From assembly GCA_002069785.1 (NCBI GenBank), contig MWCA01000019.1, positions 736 to 64,735 of the forward strand: DNA of 64,000 nucleotides, written 5' to 3'. Every line of letters starts with the position of its first letter. Position 1 is the stretch's first letter. This stretch comes from Lentisphaerae bacterium ADurb.Bin242 (lineage in GTDB: Bacteria > Verrucomicrobiota > Lentisphaeria > Victivallales > UBA1829). Positions 47,770-57,222 of this stretch are shown in pieces. Under the pieces are notes generated by a model. The model was given only the letters and a program-made list of their open reading frames with translations, was not told the DNA's origin and did not search any database. The translations under genes were made by a program, and so were the position numbers.

Positions 47770-50001
47770 ATGAACAGGGAAATACACAAGATTCTGAACC
47801 TCCTGAATTGCGGGACGCTTTCCTTCGAACCGTATGTCGTGGTCAAGGGAAAAGCGGAAAAAGCGTTGAAAGCCTCCTGCCGCATCCGGACGGAAAACGG
47901 GAAAGCGCGGCTTTCCTATGAATACGACGGCGGATTCAAGGATGATCTGTATCTGTGTTTTTCCGGGAAGGAAATCCTTTGCCGGCGCGTGTTCCGGAAT
48001 GTCTCCGGAGAGTACCGGGATGTTACGGAACTGGGACTTGCCATCGGAGGGATCACCTTCGGAAAACCGCCCCGCGAGGACTTCTTCTACCACAACGAGA
48101 ATCCGCGGATCTACGAGGTCATGACGTTTCCCGTGGACTACAGAAGGACCGCGGAGGATGCGAAGGATACATCCTTCGACGTTCAGGCGGGCAACCGCTG
48201 GGCGGACCCCGGCGTGGTCTGCGAACGGATCGGGCGCAGCCCCTACCAGCCGTTCCCGGCGATCCTGCTGAGCAATTACGGGACCTGCCGCGGACTGGTC
48301 CACGGCACGCTGAGCCAGCGGGTATTCTACCATAATTATCTCGTATCCCACGAGAACAATGCCGTCCAGCTCGAAATCTTTTCCGGGTTCAAGGACGTCG
48401 ACGCCCTTCGTCTCGCGCCCGGCCGGACGCTGGTCGACGAGTGGTATCTGGGGACGACCGAACACTCGGACGATGTGGAGCGGATTTTCGAAGAATATGC
48501 GAATGTGCTCCGGAAGAAACTGCCGCCGATGTACGGCGCCACGAAGATCAACCGGACGAACATGGTCTGGGGCTCCTGGAACGACGGCATTTTCCGCAAC
48601 ATTCACGAGGAGATGCTGCTGGAGGAGGCCGAGTTCCTCCGGAAGAATTTCCCGACGGTCCACTGGATGCAAATCGACGACGGCTACGCGGTCAACACGC
48701 CTCCCGCCCACGGACTGGGGATGCCTTACGAGGGGCCGGACGGCGTGGACAAGAACAAGTTCCCCGAGGGAATGCGTCATTTTACCGACAAGCTCCGGGA
48801 AATCGGATTGCGCCCGGCGCTCTGGATCGGGGGCTTCTGCCCGATCCATACGCCCATTTTCAAGGAGCATCCCGAATGGTTTATCGATTATTCCTACCGC
48901 GTCAAGGAGTCCCAGCCGCTCGATGTAAGCGTTCCCGAAGTCCGCGAATACATGAAGAAGGCGCTGGACACGCTTTGTCTGGAATACGGTTTCGAAGGCG
49001 TCAAGCACGACTTCTGGAGCTATGCGTTCGAGGACAGCCACGATCTCTACCGCAACAAGGAAGCCTCCGGATACGAGTGGCGCGACTGGTGGCTGAAGGA
49101 AGTCCGCAAACGCATCGCCTCCGACGGCTATTTCCAGACGGGGTGCGACATCGTGATGGGCAATCCCTTCCTCGGCGAGTTCTTCACCAACTACCGCTAC
49201 GGGATCGACATCGGCTCCGGCAACTGGGATTACGTCAAGACCAACTTCCTGTGGGGAATCGCCTGTTTCGCCACGCACACGGGCGACCTCTTCGTCCCGA
49301 ACAGCGATTCCGTCGGCCTCTTCCCCGGCCTGAACGACACCGAAGCTATGTTCTGTCTGAACTACTGCATCGCGACCCACTCCATGGTGGAGATCGCCGG
49401 ACGCCTGAGCAAACACGCTGATTCGCCCCGGTTTGAGACCTTGAAGAAAGCCGTGTGCAACCCGAACAACGGGCAGGACGTGTTTCTGGCCCGCTACGAC
49501 TACCGCAACCAGAAAAAGAAAACGCCCGACATCCTGTATTTCAAGACGCCGCACTTCTGTCCGGCGGAAGGGCAGGCGGCGCTGCCGGTACGGACGGTCG
49601 GACTGTTCAACCTCGAGGACGCCCCGAAGATGGTTTCGTTTGCGCCGAAGGACCTCGCGCTGACGCCCGGAGAATATATTCTCACGGATGTCTGGAGCGG
49701 CGAACAGTTCCGTTTCGGCGGGGAGTTCTCGGTGGAGCTGCCGCCGCACGGGAGCCGTCTTTTCGCGGTCAGCCACGGACGCGGCATCCAGCTTCTGGAC
49801 GCCAATGTCCGGATCAACCGGAGCGTGCTGGCCGGCAACCGTCTGAGCCTGGAACTGGATTACGGCGCGGACGCGGAACTGCGGTTCAACCAGAATCCGG
49901 CCTCGGTCTCCTTCAACGGTGCCGTCCTGGATGTCCGCTTTGCGGACGGAACCCTTTGCGTGAAAGCGCCCTCCGCGGGAATGCTGGAAGTTCACTGGTG
50001 A
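47770..50001 (+). CDS. putative glycoside hydrolase, GH36/alpha-galactosidase-like, cytoplasmic
   Basis: WMQIDDGYA and FEGVKHDFWSY resemble the GH27/36 (beta/alpha)8 catalytic motifs. No signal peptide. Confidence 0.5.
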   Translation: MNREIHKILNLLNCGTLSFEPYVVVKGKAEKALKASCRIRTENGKARLSYEYDGGFKDDLYLCFSGKEILCRRVFRNVSGEYRDVTELGLAIGGITFGKPPREDFFYHNENPRIYEVMTFPVDYRRTAEDAKDTSFDVQAGNRWADPGVVCERIGRSPYQPFPAILLSNYGTCRGLVHGTLSQRVFYHNYLVSHENNAVQLEIFSGFKDVDALRLAPGRTLVDEWYLGTTEHSDDVERIFEEYANVLRKKLPPMYGATKINRTNMVWGSWNDGIFRNIHEEMLLEEAEFLRKNFPTVHWMQIDDGYAVNTPPAHGLGMPYEGPDGVDKNKFPEGMRHFTDKLREIGLRPALWIGGFCPIHTPIFKEHPEWFIDYSYRVKESQPLDVSVPEVREYMKKALDTLCLEYGFEGVKHDFWSYAFEDSHDLYRNKEASGYEWRDWWLKEVRKRIASDGYFQTGCDIVMGNPFLGEFFTNYRYGIDIGSGNWDYVKTNFLWGIACFATHTGDLFVPNSDSVGLFPGLNDTEAMFCLNYCIATHSMVEIAGRLSKHADSPRFETLKKAVCNPNNGQDVFLARYDYRNQKKKTPDILYFKTPHFCPAEGQAALPVRTVGLFNLEDAPKMVSFAPKDLALTPGEYILTDVWSGEQFRFGGEFSVELPPHGSRLFAVSHGRGIQLLDANVRINRSVLAGNRLSLELDYGADAELRFNQNPASVSFNGAVLDVRFADGTLCVKAPSAGMLEVHW

Positions 50002-50065
50002 TTCAGGGGCCGTCCAAGTCATTCGCGGAAGGTCCGGACTCTCTCCCGCTTACAAACTTACAAAC

Positions 50066-51259
50066 TCAGAACTTCTGTTCGTAAGGATTTGCCGAGAAAG
50101 GATCAGTGTCCGCCCGGAGGATAAAGGACGCCCCGTAGTGGAAACGGCCTCCGTCCTTGAGGAATTTCACCAGCGTATGTTGGAGGCTGGTCCGGAGGGG
50201 AACGGTTCCGATTCCGTCACGGGCGGCCTTGACGCCGAAGCAGCGGAAAATGGTGTCGGCTTCCCCGGGGAAGGGGATCAGGTAAGCCCCGCGCTGGAAC
50301 GCGAGGATATTGGAGTCCGGCGGGAGGATTTTCTGGAGCTGCGGGTCCAGAAGCCAGGAATCGCAGAAAAACGCTTTCCAGGGATACTCCGGCAGATATT
50401 TTGCGAAAAATTCCCGGGCCCGCCGCATGGAGTCCCGGCAGGCCTCCGGGTTCAGCGGCCCGCATTCCGGGATGTGGATGTTGATGACCGGATCGTTTGG
50501 CGACAGGACCGGGTCCCACTCCGTCTTGAGAAGTTCGGAGGGATACTTCTCCGCCCGGCCGTCCGGCGTGACCTTGTTTCCCGCCCACGACTGCGGATGA
50601 TCCGCAAAGAAACTCATCCAGCTTCCGGGGGAGGGTACTTCCTGAAGGTCATCCGGAAGGCCGTCCGCGGTGAAACGGCAGGCGTCCGAAGTCAGGGCGA
50701 CGGTCTCGCCGGTGGGGCGGTTGCGGAAGACCCGGACCTTGCCGGGAAAGCGGAGGCTCGTGTTGAACTGGAGGCGTCCGAAGCTGAGCAGCGTCAGGTT
50801 GATGTGGGTCTGGAACCAGCCGACCGCCATCCAGGCGAATCCGGGCGAACCGAAATTGCGTTTGTGGTGGGCGACCCAGACCGCCAGATCGCTGAAAACT
50901 TCATCGCGCATTTCCTCCGGCCAGCCGCGTTTTTTGTAGCGCTCGAAGGCCAGCGGCATGCCGGAAAGAATCAGCAGATAGTAGAAAATGCCGCGCAGGT
51001 CGTCGCCGAGAAGACGTCCGAGCTTCGGGTTCTCGGGCAGGACCTCCTGAAAAGGAAGCTCCCGGACGTAAAGGAGGTCGTGGAGTTCCCACAGCAGCCG
51101 GACGAAGGAATCCTTGTGGAGAAGGACTTCCTTCAGACGGAGGATTTCCTCGACGTCCTGCTCTTCGATACAGGCCATGGCGGAATATTTCCGGATGAAA
51201 TCGTCACGCAGAAACGGGATGTTTTCCACACCCGGGAATTCGGCGGCCGGTCTCGTCAT
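50066..51259 (-). CDS. acyltransferase-domain protein (NAT_N / GNAT-like C-terminal type)
   Basis: INIHIPECGPLNPEACRDSMRRAREFFAKYLPEY..FFCDSWLLDPQL..SNILAFQ matches my memory of this family. Starts 1 nt after the thrC stop. Confidence 0.5.
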   Translation of the reverse strand: MTRPAAEFPGVENIPFLRDDFIRKYSAMACIEEQDVEEILRLKEVLLHKDSFVRLLWELHDLLYVRELPFQEVLPENPKLGRLLGDDLRGIFYYLLILSGMPLAFERYKKRGWPEEMRDEVFSDLAVWVAHHKRNFGSPGFAWMAVGWFQTHINLTLLSFGRLQFNTSLRFPGKVRVFRNRPTGETVALTSDACRFTADGLPDDLQEVPSPGSWMSFFADHPQSWAGNKVTPDGRAEKYPSELLKTEWDPVLSPNDPVINIHIPECGPLNPEACRDSMRRAREFFAKYLPEYPWKAFFCDSWLLDPQLQKILPPDSNILAFQRGAYLIPFPGEADTIFRCFGVKAARDGIGTVPLRTSLQHTLVKFLKDGGRFHYGASFILRADTDPFSANPYEQKF

Positions 51260-51260
51260 G

Positions 51261-52553
51261 TCAGGAAACTCCCAGCGCTTTTTTCACGGCGTCCAGCGTG
51301 GGGGGAATCTGGACGGGCTTGTTGGCGAAGGTTCCCTTGATTCCGTGACTGCCGAGGGTGTCCTTGTGATAGCCGATGACGGCGTCGGGGTCCTTGAGAA
51401 TATTGCCGGTGAGGATGCCGATCACGGTTTCCCCGGAAGCGATCACGCCCTTGTCCGCCAGTTTTTTCGCTCCGGCAAGGGAGCAGCAGGAAGCCGGTTC
51501 GGCGCCGATCCCGGCCGCGTCGAGCTTGGCCTTGGCGTCCATGATCTCCTGTTCGGTGACCTGTTCCACGGTCCCCTTGCTCCACGTGACCGCGCGGAGG
51601 GACTTTTCCCACGAGACCGGGTTGCCGATCTTGATGGCGGTGGCGATCGTTTCAGGTTTTTTCACCGCCTTGAACGGCGTGTGCTGCGTCCACATCGTAT
51701 AGAGCGGATTCGCTCCGGCGGCCTGGATGACGGCGATCTTCGGAATTCTGGAGAGGATGCCGAGTTCATGGAGTTCCAGGAGGGCTTTGCCGAGAGCGCT
51801 GCTGTTGCCGAGGTTGCCGCCGGGGATGACGAACCAGTCCGGCACCTGCCAGTCCAGCTGCTGGAGGGTCTCGAAAGCGATGGCCTTCTGTCCTTCGATG
51901 CGGAACGGATTGATGGAGTTCAACAGATAAATTCCCAGTTCCCGGCAGACCTCCTGGACCAGCGTCATGGCGTCGTCGAAATTTCCTTCGATCTGAAGGG
52001 TTTTCCCGCCGTAGGCGAGGGCCTGCGCGAGTTTTCCGTAGGCGATTTTCCCTTCCGGAATGAAGATCACGGACTTCATTCCGCTGACCGCCGCGTAGGA
52101 GGCCATGCTGGCGCTGGTATTGCCCGTGGAGGCGCAGGCGACGGTTTTCGCGTTGAAAAGTCTGGCCGCGCTGGCGCCGCAGGTCATGCCGCGGTCCTTG
52201 AAACTGCCGGTCGGATTTTCCCCTTCGTGCTTGAAGTAAAGCCGGGAAAGTCCGGCCCAGACTCCCGCCGAACCGGCCGGATACAGACGGGTATTGCCTT
52301 CCTGGCGGGTGACGATCTTGTCGTCGGGCGCATCGAGGATCAGCTCGCGGTAGCGCCAGACGCCGGAGGCCTCGATGCCGCGCTTCATGCCCCAGCGTTC
52401 TTCCCAGAGGGCCTTGAGGCGGATGCCGTCGATCCTGGACAGGTCGCGCTTCACATCCAGGATGCCGCCGCAGTCACAGGTATAGCGGAGTTCTCCGATG
52501 TCGTAGGTTCGGGCGCATCGGACACATTGCAGGCAGGAGTCGGTCTTGATCAT
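51261..52553 (-). CDS. thrC: threonine synthase
   Basis: N-terminal Cys-rich zinc ribbon; PLP lysine motif TGSFKDRGMT; GNTSASMA. Confidence 0.9.
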   Translation of the reverse strand: MIKTDSCLQCVRCARTYDIGELRYTCDCGGILDVKRDLSRIDGIRLKALWEERWGMKRGIEASGVWRYRELILDAPDDKIVTRQEGNTRLYPAGSAGVWAGLSRLYFKHEGENPTGSFKDRGMTCGASAARLFNAKTVACASTGNTSASMASYAAVSGMKSVIFIPEGKIAYGKLAQALAYGGKTLQIEGNFDDAMTLVQEVCRELGIYLLNSINPFRIEGQKAIAFETLQQLDWQVPDWFVIPGGNLGNSSALGKALLELHELGILSRIPKIAVIQAAGANPLYTMWTQHTPFKAVKKPETIATAIKIGNPVSWEKSLRAVTWSKGTVEQVTEQEIMDAKAKLDAAGIGAEPASCCSLAGAKKLADKGVIASGETVIGILTGNILKDPDAVIGYHKDTLGSHGIKGTFANKPVQIPPTLDAVKKALGVS

Positions 52554-52581
52554 GTTTCGTTTCCGCAGTTGTTTGGAGGTT

Positions 52582-53676
52582 TTATCTTCTTGCTATCTTG
52601 AAAATGTAAATCGCGCCGAAAATCTGATACAGGGCGGGCGGTATCCAGACCAGATACTGGGGAAATACCTTCGGCGTATCCGCCAGGGCGTCGGAGATCA
52701 GCACGCCGCCGAAGTAGGCGCCTGCCAGAAGCACGCTCAGGAACAGTCCGACGGAGGTCTCGCGGCGGCTGGTCCGGACCGCCAGCGGCATGCCGAGCAG
52801 GAGAAACGCGATGGGAGCCAATGCCAGCGCCACCCGCTGGTTGAGCTCGACTTCCAGTTCCGTCGTGGGAATGCCCCGTTTCTTGTCCAGGCTCAAGCGG
52901 GCGAGGATCTCCATGAACATCAGGAACTTGCCGCGCCGGGTCACGTCTTCCGAGTTGAAATTTTTTCCGTAGTCGATGGTGAAGGTCAGTTCCTTGGAAA
53001 AGGTGTGGCGCATCACTTTGCTGTCGCTCTCGCCTTCATACGCGGCGATGGTGGCATTCTGGAGGACCACGTTCAGCTGCTGTTTTTCTTTGTCGGCTTC
53101 CACCACCCCGCTGGCGGCGGTGATGTCCTGTTCCCAGGTTCCCTTGCTTCCCATCCGGTAGACTTGCACTTCCCGGATGATTTTGCCTTCCTTGCTGCCG
53201 ATGTAGATCAAAAGGTCGTTGAACTTCACCGGGATTCCGGGTTCGAAAATGGCGGTCGGCTGGTCCACGAACACGTTTTTGACCAGCTGCCGGGCCTTGC
53301 CCAGGTAATGCGGACCGACCTGGAGTTGGAGATAAAGACAGATACAGGTCAGCAGGAACGCGATCACGATGATCGGCGAAACGATCTGGAGGATGGATAC
53401 CCCGGAAGCCCGCATGGCGGTGATCTCGTTGTCCGCGGAAAGGCGTCCGAACACCAGCATGACCGAGACCAGCGCGGCCCAGGGGATGGTGAACGCCAAG
53501 ACGATGGGCATGACGTAGAGAAGGAACATGAAGGCGTTTTGGGCGGGGACGCCGCTGGAAATGTATTCAAAAACCTTCATCAGTCGGGCGCCCGTCATTC
53601 CGAAGGTCAGAATTCCCATGGCCATCAGAAAGGTCGCAAGAAACGCTTTTGTCACATAGATGTTCAAGGTTTTCAT
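52582..53676 (-). CDS. LptF/LptG-family LPS export permease (YjgP/YjgQ)
   Basis: MKTLNIYVTKAFLATFL..; GRLSADNEITAMRASGVS motif; six TM segments with a periplasmic insert. Confidence 0.75.
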   Translation of the reverse strand: MKTLNIYVTKAFLATFLMAMGILTFGMTGARLMKVFEYISSGVPAQNAFMFLLYVMPIVLAFTIPWAALVSVMLVFGRLSADNEITAMRASGVSILQIVSPIIVIAFLLTCICLYLQLQVGPHYLGKARQLVKNVFVDQPTAIFEPGIPVKFNDLLIYIGSKEGKIIREVQVYRMGSKGTWEQDITAASGVVEADKEKQQLNVVLQNATIAAYEGESDSKVMRHTFSKELTFTIDYGKNFNSEDVTRRGKFLMFMEILARLSLDKKRGIPTTELEVELNQRVALALAPIAFLLLGMPLAVRTSRRETSVGLFLSVLLAGAYFGGVLISDALADTPKVFPQYLVWIPPALYQIFGAIYIFKIARR

Positions 53677-53819
53677 TGCATGCCGCCCGGTTGTTCTCCC
53701 CTGTTCCATTTGAGTAAAGACCCGTACAATGTAGCATAAAAAACTCAAATGGAAAGGAATGAAAGCCGCCTTTTTTGAAGAAAAGACGAAAATAGTTTCG
53801 GGATTTTTCGCTTTTCAAT

Positions 53820-53848
53820 TTGGAAAAATCGGGAATTCGTGGTATTGT
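53820..53848 (+). promoter_or_regulatory. candidate sigma70 promoter of serC (TTGGAA-17 nt-TATTGT with a TG extension)
   Basis: TTGGAA at 53820-53825, TGgTATTGT ending at 53848; AGGAGGA Shine-Dalgarno before the ATG at 53890. Confidence 0.4.
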
Positions 53849-53889
53849 AAGGGTTCAGTAAAACGTCTACAACAGGAGGAGTTTTCTTC

Positions 53890-54960
53890 ATGAAGATTTT
53901 CAACTTCAACGCAGGGCCCGCGATGATGCCGGCCGCCGTCATGGAAAGGGCGCAGAAGGAGTTCTGCAACTTCAACAATACGGGGTGCGGCATCCTCGAA
54001 CACTCCCATCGCGGAAGCGCGTTCCAGGGCGTTCTGGACAAGACCAACCAGAACATCCGCGACCTGTTCGGCGTTTCCGATGCGTATGACATCGTCTACA
54101 TCCAGGGCGGCGCAAGCATGCAGTTCGCCATGATCCCGATGAACCTTCTCCAGGGCGCCGCGGATTATGTCGATACCGGCACGTGGTCCTCCAAGGCCAT
54201 CAAGGAAGCCAAAGGCTTCGGCGAAGTCCGCATCGCCGCCCAGAGCAAGGACACCCAGTACGACCACATCCCCGCGTTCTCCGAATGGAAACTTTCCGAC
54301 GACGCCTCCTATGTTCACATCACCAGCAACAACACCATCTACGGAACCCAGTATCCGTCGTTCCCGAAGACCAGGGCTCCGCTGATCGCCGACATGTCCA
54401 GCGACATCATGTCCCGCCGCGTGGACGTTTCCAGCTTCGGCCTGATTTATGCCGGCGCCCAGAAGAACCTCGGGCCCAGCGGCCTGGCCCTGGTCATCAT
54501 CCGCAAGGACCTTGTCGGACGCACTCCCGCGAACGTCCCGACCATGCTCCGCTACGAAACCTACACCAGGGAGAACTCCCTTTACAACACCCCGCCCACC
54601 TTCGCCATCTACATGATCGGCCTGGTGACCGACTGGATGAAAGAGATCGGCGGCCTTGGAGCAATCGAAAAGAGGAACGACGAGAAGGCGGCCCTTCTCT
54701 ACAAGGCCATCGATGATTCCGACGGATATTTCAGCACGCCGGTCAGGAAGGACAGCCGTTCCAAAATGAACGTGGTTTTCCGTCTGCCTTCCGAAGAGCT
54801 GGAAACGAAGTTCCTCAAACGGACGTCCGAGGCCGGCATGATCGGTCTCAAGGGACACCGCTCCGTCGGAGGCGTCCGCGCCAGCATCTACAACGCGATG
54901 CCGCTCGAGGGAGTTCAGAAACTGGTGGAACTGATGGAGAACTTCCGGAAAAACAACTGA
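53890..54960 (+). CDS. serC: phosphoserine aminotransferase
   Basis: MKIFNFNAGPAMMP N-terminus; YAGAQKNLGPSG (PLP lysine region). Confidence 0.9.
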   Translation: MKIFNFNAGPAMMPAAVMERAQKEFCNFNNTGCGILEHSHRGSAFQGVLDKTNQNIRDLFGVSDAYDIVYIQGGASMQFAMIPMNLLQGAADYVDTGTWSSKAIKEAKGFGEVRIAAQSKDTQYDHIPAFSEWKLSDDASYVHITSNNTIYGTQYPSFPKTRAPLIADMSSDIMSRRVDVSSFGLIYAGAQKNLGPSGLALVIIRKDLVGRTPANVPTMLRYETYTRENSLYNTPPTFAIYMIGLVTDWMKEIGGLGAIEKRNDEKAALLYKAIDDSDGYFSTPVRKDSRSKMNVVFRLPSEELETKFLKRTSEAGMIGLKGHRSVGGVRASIYNAMPLEGVQKLVELMENFRKNN

Positions 54961-54974
54961 ACCGCAATTCGCAA

Positions 54975-55002
54975 GGCGGATGGCGTTTGCGCGCCCTCCG
55001 CC
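54975..55002 (+). promoter_or_regulatory. GC-rich stem-loop between serC and corA
   Basis: GGCGGA-t-GGCG-tttgcg-CGCC-c-TCCGCC gives 10 bp of stem with one 1x1 mismatch. No U-tract follows. Confidence 0.45.
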
Positions 55003-55036
55003 GCTCGTTCAATCCGGGAAAGGGAGGAATGCAATC

Positions 55037-55972
55037 GTGCTTCAAAGCCTGTCCGTCGTCAATGGCAAAATCAAGCAGGACCCCGCCGGATTCCCGCATC
55101 TCGACATCTATGTCAGTCCGGATGAAGCGGAACGCCGCCACCTGATCGACGTCTGCGGCGTGGACGAACATACGCTGCTTTCCTCCACCGACCCCGACGA
55201 GACTCCGCGTGTCGAGTTCGAGGACACCCATACCGCGGTCATTCTCAAGTATCCGAAGAACTATTCGGCCGAGGACAATTTCTTCTTCCGGGTCAAGTCC
55301 ATGGGAATTTTCCTGTTCCCTCCCGACCGGATCGTGATCGTGGTGGACGACCAGGTCCCGCTTTTCACGGGGCGCATCGCCGGAAGCCTCCGCTCTCCCC
55401 AGGACGTCCTTCTCCGGACCTTTTACCAGACCATCCGCCATTTCGAGACTCATCTGCGGATCATCAACATGTGCAGCGACGAACTGGAGCACGAAATCAG
55501 CAAGTCCTCCGGCAACAAGAACCTCCTGGATATGTTCACCCTGGAAAAAGGGCTGGTCTATTATGTCAATGCGCTGAACGGCAACGGACGGGTCATCGAG
55601 CGCATGAAGGCCGCCGCCTCCAAGATCGGTTTCACCGAGGACAACCTGGAGCTGCTGGACGACCTGGCCATTGAAAACCAGCAGTTCCTGGATCAGGCGC
55701 AGGTCTATTCGCAGGTGCTTTCGGGACTGATGGACGCCCGGGCTTCCATCATCAACAACAACCTCAACATCATGATGAAGAACATGAACGCCATCGTGAT
55801 CGCGGTTTCCGTTCCCACGTTCGTCACGGGGGTCGGGGGCATGTCCGAGTTTTCCGCCATGATCGGGCCGACGATGAAGTGGTATGTCGCCTATCCCCTC
55901 TTTTTCGGCGGCATGCTTTTTCTTGGATTTTTCATCTACTGGGTGATCCAGCGTTATTACAACAACCGCTGA
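55037..55972 (+). CDS. corA: CorA-family divalent cation transporter
   Basis: Two C-terminal TM helices preceded by a GVGGMSEF variant of the GMN motif. The GTG at 55037 has a GGGAGG Shine-Dalgarno 9 nt upstream. The track start at 54980 lies inside the upstream hairpin. Confidence 0.65.
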   Translation: MLQSLSVVNGKIKQDPAGFPHLDIYVSPDEAERRHLIDVCGVDEHTLLSSTDPDETPRVEFEDTHTAVILKYPKNYSAEDNFFFRVKSMGIFLFPPDRIVIVVDDQVPLFTGRIAGSLRSPQDVLLRTFYQTIRHFETHLRIINMCSDELEHEISKSSGNKNLLDMFTLEKGLVYYVNALNGNGRVIERMKAAASKIGFTEDNLELLDDLAIENQQFLDQAQVYSQVLSGLMDARASIINNNLNIMMKNMNAIVIAVSVPTFVTGVGGMSEFSAMIGPTMKWYVAYPLFFGGMLFLGFFIYWVIQRYYNNR

Positions 55973-55999
55973 AACGAAAAATGGAAAGGAGCTTTTTCC

Positions 56000-56242
56000 A
56001 TGCCGATCTATGAATATCTCTGTTCCGACTGCAACCATTCGTTCGAAGCGCTGGTCCGCAATTCCAAAGAGACTCCGGCCGCATGTCCGGAATGCAAGTC
56101 TTCCCGCCTGAAGCGGAAAATTTCCACCTTCGCTCCCTCCGTCCCTGCCGGGCGCGGAGGCGGCTGTGCGCACGAGGCGGTCTGCCCCTCCGCTTCTCCC
56201 TCGTGCGGCTGCGGTGGCGGCTGCGGACACAAGCATGGATGA
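56000..56242 (+). CDS. FmdB-family zinc-ribbon protein with Cys/Gly-rich tail
   Basis: MPIYEYLCSDCNHSFE..CPECKS; tail CPSASPSCGCGGGCGHKHG; GGAAAGGAG Shine-Dalgarno. Confidence 0.7.
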   Translation: MPIYEYLCSDCNHSFEALVRNSKETPAACPECKSSRLKRKISTFAPSVPAGRGGGCAHEAVCPSASPSCGCGGGCGHKHG

Positions 56243-56244
56243 CC

Positions 56245-57069
56245 ATGAATAAAAAAGAGCTGACGGCGCTCATGAAGCAGCTCGGAGTCGTGCCGAGCAA
56301 AAGAATGGGACAGAATTTTCTGGTGGATTCCCATTTCATTGAAAGCATTGTCCGGGCCGCCCGCATCTCCGGAAAAGATCATGTCCTCGAAGTCGGTCCC
56401 GGATTCGGCGCGCTGACGGAATCCCTTCTCCGGACGGGGGCCGCGGTCGCCGCCATTGAGTTCGACCGCAAGATCGCCGCCTGGCTGCGGGAACGTTTCA
56501 AGGATACCCCGCTCCGTCTGATCGAGGACGACGCATGCAAAACGGACATTCCCGCGATCTTCGGCCCGGACACTCCGTTCCGGCTGGTTTCCAATCTTCC
56601 CTATTCCGCCGGGACGGTGATCGTGGCGAACATGCTGACGCTCAAAACCCCGCCCTCGGACATGCTGGTCATGCTCCAGAAGGAAGTCGGAATGCGTCTT
56701 TCGTCCGCAGCGGGCGAGTCCGAATACGGTTCCCTTTCGGTCCGGGTTCAGGTCCTGTATGAAGTGGAGAATGTCCGCACGGCGCCGCCGGATCTCTTCT
56801 TTCCGAAACCCGAGGTCGATTCAAGCATTCTCCGCCTGACGCTCCGGGAGGACCGCCCCGGTCCCGAACTCTTCCGGACGCTTTCCACGCTGGTGAAAGT
56901 CGCATTCGCGCACCGGCGGAAAAAAATGTTCAAACAGATTGCGTCGGTGTTCGGCGAAGAGGCTGTGACCTGTGCCATGAATTCGCTCGGGATCAGCCTC
57001 GATATCCGGGCGGAAAAAATATCGCCCTCCCTCTTCCTTCAACTGGCCGGCCTGCTGAAAAACGCCTGA
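56245..57069 (+). CDS. rsmA: 16S rRNA (adenine1518/1519-N6)-dimethyltransferase
   Basis: MGQNFLVD, VLEVGPGFGALT, NLPYS motifs. Alternative ATG at 56239 overlaps the fmdB stop (ATGA). Confidence 0.85.
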   Translation: MNKKELTALMKQLGVVPSKRMGQNFLVDSHFIESIVRAARISGKDHVLEVGPGFGALTESLLRTGAAVAAIEFDRKIAAWLRERFKDTPLRLIEDDACKTDIPAIFGPDTPFRLVSNLPYSAGTVIVANMLTLKTPPSDMLVMLQKEVGMRLSSAAGESEYGSLSVRVQVLYEVENVRTAPPDLFFPKPEVDSSILRLTLREDRPGPELFRTLSTLVKVAFAHRRKKMFKQIASVFGEEAVTCAMNSLGISLDIRAEKISPSLFLQLAGLLKNA

Positions 57070-57072
57070 TTC

Positions 57073-57095
57073 CGACGGGTCCCTGTCGTTTTTTT
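57073..57095 (+). terminator. intrinsic terminator after rsmA
   Basis: CGACGGG-TC-CCTGTCG stem (one G-U pair) immediately followed by seven T, 4 nt after the stop codon. Confidence 0.6.
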
Positions 57096-57135
57096 GTAAT
57101 GCAAGGGTGCCCGTGCATGCTTATCCTCTTTTTTT

Positions 57136-57206
57136 GATTTGCCGTCTTGCAAATCGGAAAAACGGTGTTATGGTAAAGTGTTATCAAAAAAAACAAGTGT
57201 TATTAT
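57136..57206. promoter_or_regulatory. palindrome plus three GTGTTAT direct repeats upstream of the GntR-type regulator
   Basis: GATTTGC-CGTCTT-GCAAATC (57136-57155). GTGTTAT at 57165, 57178 and 57197. The last copy forms TGtTATTAT, an extended -10-like element. Confidence 0.4.
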
Positions 57207-57222
57207 ATTGTTCCGGTGATCC

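Noticed and set aside
46840-50022. 1060-aa minus-strand ORF
   Set aside because: It is antisense to the TIM-barrel isomerase and the GH36-like gene, which have sensible composition and motifs. Its product is low-complexity and Arg/Gly/Pro-rich.
50049-50064. Tandem CTTACAAA x2 between convergent genes
   Set aside because: There are only two copies of an 8-mer, too short to call a repeat element.
51114-52601. 495-aa plus-strand ORF, with similar antisense ORFs at 52546-53739, 53815-54858, 54848-56236 and 57184-58113
   Set aside because: Each lies opposite a confidently recognised gene (thrC, the lptF/G-type permease, serC, corA, the GntR regulator) and has shadow-ORF composition.
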